A stretch of DNA of 64,000 nucleotides from the human T2T-CHM13v2.0 reference genome, Homo sapiens, in the NCBI RefSeq assembly GCF_009914755.1, contig NC_060933.1; one strand, written 5' to 3'. The notes under the pieces are model-generated. The model was not told the origin of the DNA and made no database searches. It saw only the letters and a program-made list of their open reading frames with translations. Below, in pieces: positions 54,973 to 64,000 of this stretch (the first letter of the stretch is position 1; each line of letters begins with the position of its first letter). Both the position numbers and the translations under genes were made by a program.

Positions 54973-55332
54973 TGTAGAGGCCAATGAAAAGCTTCCCCTT
55001 CGCCCTCTGAAGGTTTGCTGAAAAATCAACTCAAAAAAGGTAAATTAACAGGAGAAATGGCATGCAAATTTATTAGTGTGCACAAAGAGAATCACAGAGT
55101 GATTGTCAATACCTTAGTGGGGTTCAGAAGCCTGTATACCATGCTGCAGAAGGGGAATCTCAGAGAAAGCCTGGCTGTTTATTTCACCTATATAGATTTT
55201 CTGCACAGATGCAAATCTACTCCATGAAAGTCAGCTTTTCTGCACTATTCCTGTCTGCTGGCCCTCTGAATAGCCACCTCAAGACACATCAAAGAACTAT
55301 GTTTTGGGGTGAAATATTTTTGATTTCCTTTA
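54973..55332 (-). mobile_element. MER34/MER39-like ERV1 LTR, internally deleted
   Basis: AAAAGCTTCCCCTTCGCCCTCTGAAGGTTTGCTGAAAAATCAAC...TTTTGGGGTGAAATATTTTTGATTTCCTT. Confidence 0.65.
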
Positions 55333-55439
55333 GCAAAGGAAAGGTTTGTATACCTTTACTCCTTTTGTATATCAGGCACCCAGCCACTCGCTATTGCTTA
55401 CCTGCACCCCATCCTCATTCCAGAGAGTTATTTCCTGCT

Positions 55440-55945
55440 TGTATATGTTTCCTTGAACTGCCATAACAAAGTACCATAGACTAGGTGGCCTAAACCACAG
55501 AAATTTATTTTCTCACGGTTCAGCAGGCTGGGAAGTCCAAAGTTATGTTGTTTTGGCCAGTTGGTTTCTGGTGAGGGATCTCTTCCTGGCTTGTAGATGG
55601 TCACCTTCTAGCTGTGTTCTCACATGGCCTTCTTTAACTGTATGTATAAGGAGAGAGAAAGAGAGAGAGAGGGAGAGAGAACTTCAACCATCTGACCCCT
55701 GCTTTGAGCCTCATACTTTGCATATGAGTCCCAAATCCATATGCACATTAATAAATGGATATGCCTTTAAAAAATCTGCCTATAATCAGTTTGTTTTATA
55801 GGCTTCATAAAAAGCCACCAATCCTATCAGATTAGGGGCCCAACCTAATCTGATGGGGTGTAACTTTAATTACCTAATGTCACTTTAATTACTTCCAAAT
55901 GTAGTCTAAATGAATTCAGGTCATAGCAATTCAGTCCATAGCTTG
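55440..55945 (-). mobile_element. MLT1A/B-like MaLR LTR, rearranged
   Basis: CTGCCATAACAAAGTACCATAGACTAGGTGGC...AGAAATTTATTTTCTCACGGTTC...CAATTCAGTCCATAGC. Confidence 0.8.
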
Positions 55946-55959
55946 GCTTAACCTGGTCC

Positions 55960-56138
55960 GCAGTCACAGGTGAAGCTGAGCTATGGACTGAATTGCGGCT
56001 CGTCCGAATTCATAGGTTAAATCCCTAACCTACAATTTGACTGTATCTCCAATGTAGCCAAATTGGCAGCTAGGGATTTAACCTATGAATTGGGATGGGC
56101 TGCAATTCAGTCCATAGCTCGGCTACACCTGTGACTGC
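55960..56138. repeat. Inverted repeat / hairpin with ~85-bp arms and 7-nt loop
   Basis: 55960-56045 is the near reverse complement of 56053-56138. Confidence 0.95.
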
Positions 56139-56582
56139 AGGCCCGCTCTGACCCAGGTAAACAGATAGACTTCTCTGTAATTCAGTAGGATAAAACACCT
56201 TCTCCAATAAAGTCTTAACTACAGCTTTGGGGAAGGGCTTCTCTTTCCAAGTTCGTTCTTCCTTGAGTATCTTCCCTCAGCTCTAGATTAACTTAGAGAG
56301 TTCACTTATATCCTATAGTTAATCTTTTATCATGGTATAATTCTTTATATTAAATTTCTGTTGAAATCACTCTATGGTTTTTATCTTCTGATTTGACCTA
56401 CACTGCTACAAGAACAGACAAGCTGAGAAGCATGAGCTTGAAATATAACTGCCCCTGGTGTTAATCATTACATTTTTGTGGAATGTATCTGTTATAGGAC
56501 TAGGTATTCACTTTAATTATACTTGTACTTTAGTTTTATTTAATTATACTTTATTATGATTCTGCCATGTAAAATGTATGCC

Positions 56583-57170
56583 TGTGAAGAAAATCAAAAC
56601 ATTTCACCCCCAAATATCCTTCTTTGACATCTTTTGAGATGGCTGTTCAGAGGGTCTGCAAATAGAAGTAGCCCTGAAAAGCTGTCTTTCCTCAGGAGGG
56701 AGGTTTGCATCCATAGAGAATCTGCCTTGATACAGCCAGGTTTCTCTGGGGCCCTTCCTCATCTGAGTCTAGTCTGACACCTTTAAACTTCTCAAAGAAA
56801 CATTTACCATCTATTTTCTGTGATGGCTGCTACCTGTGAGGTTTCAGCTACATAACAAGACCAGCTTTGCTGCTAGGCCTCCTCTTCTCTCCCTCCCATA
56901 ACATGTCCCACCACCATAACTTGATTCACCACCATAACCTGGTTTTGGCCATGCTCTGAGCTGCCATTCTTTCTGTAGCCTCGAGATGGCATACAAACTT
57001 CAACCATCTGACCCTCGCTCTGAGTTTATTAATACTTTGTATGTGATACCTAAGCCCATATGCATGTTAATAAATTTGTATGCCTTTTCTTCTGTTAATC
57101 TGCCTATTTTCAGTTTGTTTCATAGGCTTACATTATCAAAACTTCAGTGGGAAAATGTAAACTTCCCTGC
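56583..57170 (+). mobile_element. MER39/MER34-like ERV1 solo LTR
   Basis: TGAAGAAAATCAAAACATTTCACCCCCAAATAT...GAGATGGCTGTTCAGAGGG...TTAATAAATTTGTATGCCTTTTC. Confidence 0.75.
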
Positions 57171-58027
57171 AATGCCAGTGCAGCACAAAGCTTAGAGCAT
57201 ATGGTAACCCTGAGAGGAGGGCCGCTGCATCAGGGGGACCTCACAAGACAAGTCTGGAAGGTAGGGACAAGCAGGCAGAGGGAATCAGGGTGGCAGTGTG
57301 GGCAAGAGACCTGGACCACATAGCGTCTCTCTCAAGAGGGCTGCATGAAGGTGGTCACTAGGACAGGCTAGGACTGAGGGGTGGTGTATTTTGAACATGT
57401 CACTGGGGCAGAATGACACCAGATGTTCTCATACCCACACTGCTGGCACACCATGCAGCAGCTGGAAAGAGCAGAACAGCCTTCTTTCTGCTTACTGGTA
57501 TCCTTACTGGTAAGCAGAAATGCTTAAAGATGTCCATTAGTACAGAACATGTATTGAAGACTGCATTTGGAGATCAGAGGCAATAAATTGAAAACTAGCA
57601 TGATTCTCTTAGTCACTTTTTACATAATAGATTCTAATAATTTAAGACTTTTTTTGTATGTGATTTATTGTAGCCCATGTGTTACAAAGGATCTGAGAAT
57701 TAGACACTTTAATTGTAATATATTACTAACTTTAATATGGACTGTTGTTACCCCATTTATGGGAGTGAAATATGCTGCAAGAAACATTACAATGTGTCTA
57801 AAGTAACTTCTTAAACTTGCAAAAATCAGAGTGGATATGCCACATCATTGCACTCTAGTGTGAAAATCCAGACATACAAGAGCAGGTCAGACACCACCTG
57901 GGATAAGTTTTCACCTATCCTCCTTTTATGATCAGAAATTATTTTGCAAATTTTGCATTTCTACAAAATTATCTTAGGTTATTATCTAAATTCACCATTT
58001 AAGATTCACCATTAAAAAAAATTTCTG

Positions 58028-58460
<433 letters not shown>

Positions 58461-58952
58461 CTAAGGGAGGAGGATGTACTATTTGTTCTTTAAATTCTCA
58501 CGGTATTTCCACATTAGAGTCCCCAAATACAAGAGCTCTAATGAGAAAGTGACTGCTCAGAAATTTGAGCAGACGTTTTATCCTTATGCCTTCATTTCTT
58601 TCATTGCTTAATAAACTCTAATGGATAATAGTGAACACATTTCTATATAGTTTCCGATCAAACGATTCTGTGAAAATTTAGTCAAGGAATCAAGAGAAAG
58701 TACAGTCATTTCTCCAAAGGAGCATTTCAACAGACATTTCATCAAAAACAAAATTTAAAATGGCAACCTGTGTGAAACACTTTGGCAGAATAATAATAAT
58801 AAATAATTTGGATGCAAGCTGAATACATGAATTATTTTACTGGGGTGGAGGATATGGGCATTGCATGCTTATTACATTTTTGGTTTGTATTGCCCTACAT
58901 GTTATTTAATGTCCTAGTGTTTTGACAAAGACAGGCATAAAATGAGCACTAA

Positions 58953-59274
<322 letters not shown>

Positions 59275-59607
59275 TAGTTTCTGTTTTCTTAAGGAAATAG
59301 ACCAGTCCTTTGCAAACACATGTTTTATTTCCTAGTAAACTCATCTATTGCTACAACTGTGCAATTTAAGGGACAAATCATTCCTCCTTAATCTCCGTTG
59401 ATGGCAATTCCATCTGGTGCCCAAGCTAATGACTTTGGGATCACCACTCTTCTTCTCTCACACTCTACATCCAGTCTAGAAAGAAATCTTATTGGTTCTA
59501 TCACACTTACAAAACCTATCAAAAACCCTACCACTGATTAAGAACTCCATTGTCACCACCCTGATCAAAGCCATATTTTTCTCTTTCCTGGACCAATTTA
59601 ACGGCCT

Positions 59608-59905
59608 CTGGAGGAGGACTGGCCCCTAGATGGCCTCAGCGGACCCAGCTTTCTTCTCCCCTTCCCCATTTCCTGGCTTACAGTTTTAGAATAACTGTAG
59701 AATGTGCTAAGAATGCAGTATCTTGATATATAGAGGAACTTTCTAGAAAAGCCTGGGCTTTGTCCTCATTCCTTGTAGAACGGGATGTCCTATAATGCTT
59801 TTGCTCAGTGACCCACCCAGGGGATGCCCTGGAGCTAAAACCCAGAGCGGTGTGCTTTCAGAGTCCTTCAGCTGTAGTGCAAAGTGGAGCATGTGTAGAT
59901 GAGTA
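59608..59905 (+). mobile_element. ERVL-type LTR fragment (LTR47-like), next to an L2 remnant
   Basis: AGAATAACTGTAGAATGTGCTAAGAATGCAGTATCTTGA...AGCCTGGGCTTTGTCC; recalled similarity only. Confidence 0.45.
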
Positions 59906-61997
59906 TATATTCTCTTTATACCAGAAGTAAGTATAGTTTCATTCAGTGAAAGTCACTGTCCCTAATCTATACAATACTCAAAGTTTAAAAAAAATACTCT
60001 ATGTTAAAAACTGTGAGCATTGAAAGCTGACTTATCTATTCAGAGATCACATATAGTAAAGGGTATTACAGTATAAAATACCAAGAAAGCAGATCAGCTG
60101 ATGAAAATTACTGATTTTGAACGTCTTTTTAATCATTATATGACATCCTGATAAGTTTTCCTGAGGAATTAAATGCTTCTGGGATCTTAAAGTACATTTT
60201 CTACAAAGAAGTCATAGTGTTTTCTTAAAATAAGCTACCAATTAAAGCAAGAATGTGGAGTAGATGGCATTGGTAGATACAATCAACTAAAACATTGTTT
60301 TTATTTTCACTCCAGAGTACGGTGAGCTTATATTCACAATTAGTAAAAGGAAGCAGAGTTGATTTTCTACAACTTCTTCTGTTTCTTCTCTCAAAACCTT
60401 CAGAGAGAGGAAAAGGCAAAGGAATGCAGTATTCTCCCATTTAAGTCCACATTACAAATGCAGTTAAAGGGAATATAATATTGCTAAATAAGACCTCATC
60501 ATGATGTGTATTCTATGACAGTTTATTTTGACTCCTTTAACTGAGCGTTGTGTGAGTTTCTTTAGTTTATTTGTTAGCCACTCGGTTACGAAGATCAGGA
60601 TGTTTTTAGCTTTTTAGACACAATATTTGTCGAAGCTCTTCTTCTCATACTATACTTTTCTAAAATGAATTTGAAAGTAGTGAGATGTCTTATAAACTTT
60701 CCATAAAATTCTCATTTCCTTGAGCCTGTGTAAACAGCTGACTAAACACATGGCTATTCACTGTCAGGACTTGCTCCTCAGCATCTGCCACGGAAAAGAT
60801 TCGATTGCACACATACGAACCCAATGCCAGCACCCCAAGGGACAGGGCAATAGAAATGGGAGGGAAATGATCAAGTCAATGAATGATACACTCCATTAAT
60901 CTTAATGTTAGGACATTAATATTGCTTGGCAACTGCCTAAAATCAACAATAAGCGATCAACCAATTTGTTGCCTAAAAGTTATTGATTTAACCATCAATA
61001 ACTTAACAGCATAACCATAACAATAACTTTAATTTACTAACTTTAAATAACTAAAGTTCTTTAACAATAACGATAACAGCATATATGTACATCAGTTACG
61101 CATTAAAAGATGGATATTTTTTGTGTACATCTGAGTGGAGAATATTAGATAATGTAGAAAGACATGAGATGAAGTTGATAATACAACCCCTTAGAGCTTT
61201 AATAAATGAGCTCTCTCAGTCAAGCCACAGTAACGACCTTTTCTCTGTGATATGAGCCAGGACTCTGCAGGTGTACAGAGGAGATAAACTGCAATTATAA
61301 AGTACAATTAACAGGTAGTAGCGGTCTCATTTATTATACACACCTACGCATGTTTCCAAGCCTGATGATCACTAAGTATTCACAGCAAGTAATCACCCAC
61401 TGGACAAAACAGCATTACTTCACCTTCTGAAAAAGTAGTTTCTACTACTTTGAAAAGCTTGTTGGTGATGAGACGAAAACTGAAATAGGTTACAATTCTA
61501 ATACACACACAGTACAGGTAACACAAAGAGTCTTTCATTATTTAACATTCTTAAGCATCACCCAAAATGCCAAAAAGAAATACGGTAAGTTTCAAGGTTT
61601 TGCATAAAGTACTACACTGAGCTTTTAAAGTGAAGGGCTTAGTCACCCAAATACCGTCTTAGGCCTTATAGTATCTCTCCTGAGTTCCCAGTATATAATT
61701 TATTATACCAAACAGATCATTCTCCAGAGTTCTTTTGATATTTCTAGATCTCTCTCAACTTATAACCTAATCAGCTCCCTCAATCCCACATAGGCCTCAA
61801 GCTAATCTCAATCACTTTTCTTCCATTCATTTTTCATTCACTTATTTACAAATATGTATTTTGCATGAATTGTCTGCCAGCACTGTTTTAGGGGCAGAAA
61901 GAATATGATAGTACCTAAGAAAGGCCCTCATTCTTATATCTCTTTAAAGGAAGATAAAAACTTTTAACAAGGTAAATATTTAAAAATACTTTAAAGG

Positions 61998-62376
<379 letters not shown>

Positions 62377-62540
62377 TTATGGAAAACAAATGAACTGGTT
62401 GATCCAACTCCTGTCTGTGTCCACTGCTACCATTTTGGAGTGAGCTCTTGTTAGGTCGCCACTCACCCAGGCTCCAGTGATACCCTAATTGGTTTCCTTC
62501 TGTTAATGGCCTTCATTGCTTTTTCTGCAGCGCAGTCAAT

Positions 62541-62945
62541 CTGTCAGGTAGGGCTCTCTAGAAGCAGAGCCTGCAATAGCAATTATTGAGCAACTTTTCT
62601 TGAGAGAATAACCTTATGAGAGGGGAATAGTAAGTAGGGTGAGACAAAGATGAGATCTACCTAAGCCAGGATGATCTCAGCACAAGACTGGCTCAGCCTG
62701 ACACCCAGAGTTTTGGAGCATGGATTGCATTACAGAGTTGGCCTGACGTTGAGGCTAGAGGAATAGCCCTTTATACCATGTGTCAGTCAGTCACTGGCTA
62801 CAGGTTGTCCAGGCGAGGCAACTCCCTTAAGTCTGAAGAAGTGCTCAGGAGAGAACAGGGCACTTGTGAGCCCTTAGCTACCAACAATAGTATGCGGGGG
62901 TGCAATGCAGAGGCCTAGTAAAGTGGGACTGAATGGAGCAGCACC
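62541..62945 (-). mobile_element. Old ERVL LTR (LTR16/LTR33-like)
   Basis: TGTCAGGTAGGGCTCTCTAGAAGCAGAGCCTG start; weak recalled similarity. Confidence 0.45.
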
Positions 62946-63468
62946 CTTTAATTTAAAAGAAGAAGAAAATGGATATTGATTAGAAACACAGCAGCATCTG
63001 CCGCAGTTAGAAAAAGCATGACTATGTGGTGTTTCTGTAAGAACATGAGAGAATGTCAGTGAAGCACATCATAACAGTGATTGGAGCATGAGTTCTCAGT
63101 CAATGGCAGTTATTTTGATTGTGACAGAGATTGAGATGTTTATAACTTGAATAGCTGGCACTAGAATTCCTATTACAGAAGAATTCCTAATGTTGAAGTA
63201 CTAGTTTGATGAGCTGCTTGGGATAAAATTGAAACTTCAAAGTTATGCCCATTGGCAGGAGTTAAAGCAGCAAAGGGGGCACCAAAACTATCTTGTGTGA
63301 GAAAAGGAGACCAATTTAGTTTTTGCTCCGGAGAAGAGAAAAGACAGAAGAGAAGGGAGGGGAAGGAGGGAGATGCGGGAAGGAGGGAGATGCAGGAAGG
63401 AGAGCCAGGATCATGCTAGAGAAGCTCAGAGGGAATTAGCTGGCCAAGCAGTGGGGAATTAACTTTTA

Positions 63469-63800
<332 letters not shown>

Positions 63801-64000
63801 AAGAATATAAGGCTTATGTTTACAGTAATTTTTGTTACACCTCCATATCTTCCGTAAGGTTATTGAAAATAAACTAATGGGTTACATGTATATGTGTCTT
63901 TTTTTGGTGAAAATTGAGGGAGAAAATAAATCTTATTTATGAGATAGGATGTTTGAATCATAGAGAAAGAATAATCTATAAAGTGAAGAAGTTGGAATTC

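Noticed and set aside
57485-57520. Short hairpin TTTCTGCTTAC...GTAAGCAGAAA
   Set aside because: Only 11-bp perfect arms with no supporting context; probably a small template-switch or chance event.
61170-61195. AAGTTGATAATACAACCCC resembling part of Y4 RNA
   Set aside because: The match is too short, and the Y RNA 5' and 3' stems are absent.

Overview
Human/primate genomic DNA (Alu, L1, MIR, MaLR and ERV1 LTRs throughout) with no intact protein-coding gene. Almost all ORFs in the track are repeat-derived or chance ORFs. Two retroposed pseudogenes are recognisable. (1) A full-length processed RBPJ copy (+, ~36842-40748) with a target-site duplication and poly(A). Its 5' end is an MST-type MaLR LTR fragment that stops at the LTR splice donor and is joined to the RBPJ 'MAWIKR' 5' exon, so it looks like a fossil of an LTR-initiated RBPJ mRNA. 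(2) A much older, heavily decayed, intronless GPRC5B copy (-, ~44950-46690) that is visible only as scattered ORF pieces. Other observations: an ~85-bp-arm fold-back hairpin with nearby templated insertions at 55.7-56.2 kb, apparent gene conversion between two adjacent AluY elements, two old local duplications, a full-length MSTA provirus, a THE1D solo LTR with an intact DUX4-type motif and donor, and an ERV1 LTR cluster upstream of the RBPJ copy. The window may lie in the chr9 pericentromeric duplications, where several RBPJ pseudogenes are known; this placement is an unverified inference. Repeat subfamily names and parent-gene comparisons come from recalled consensus sequences, not from searches.
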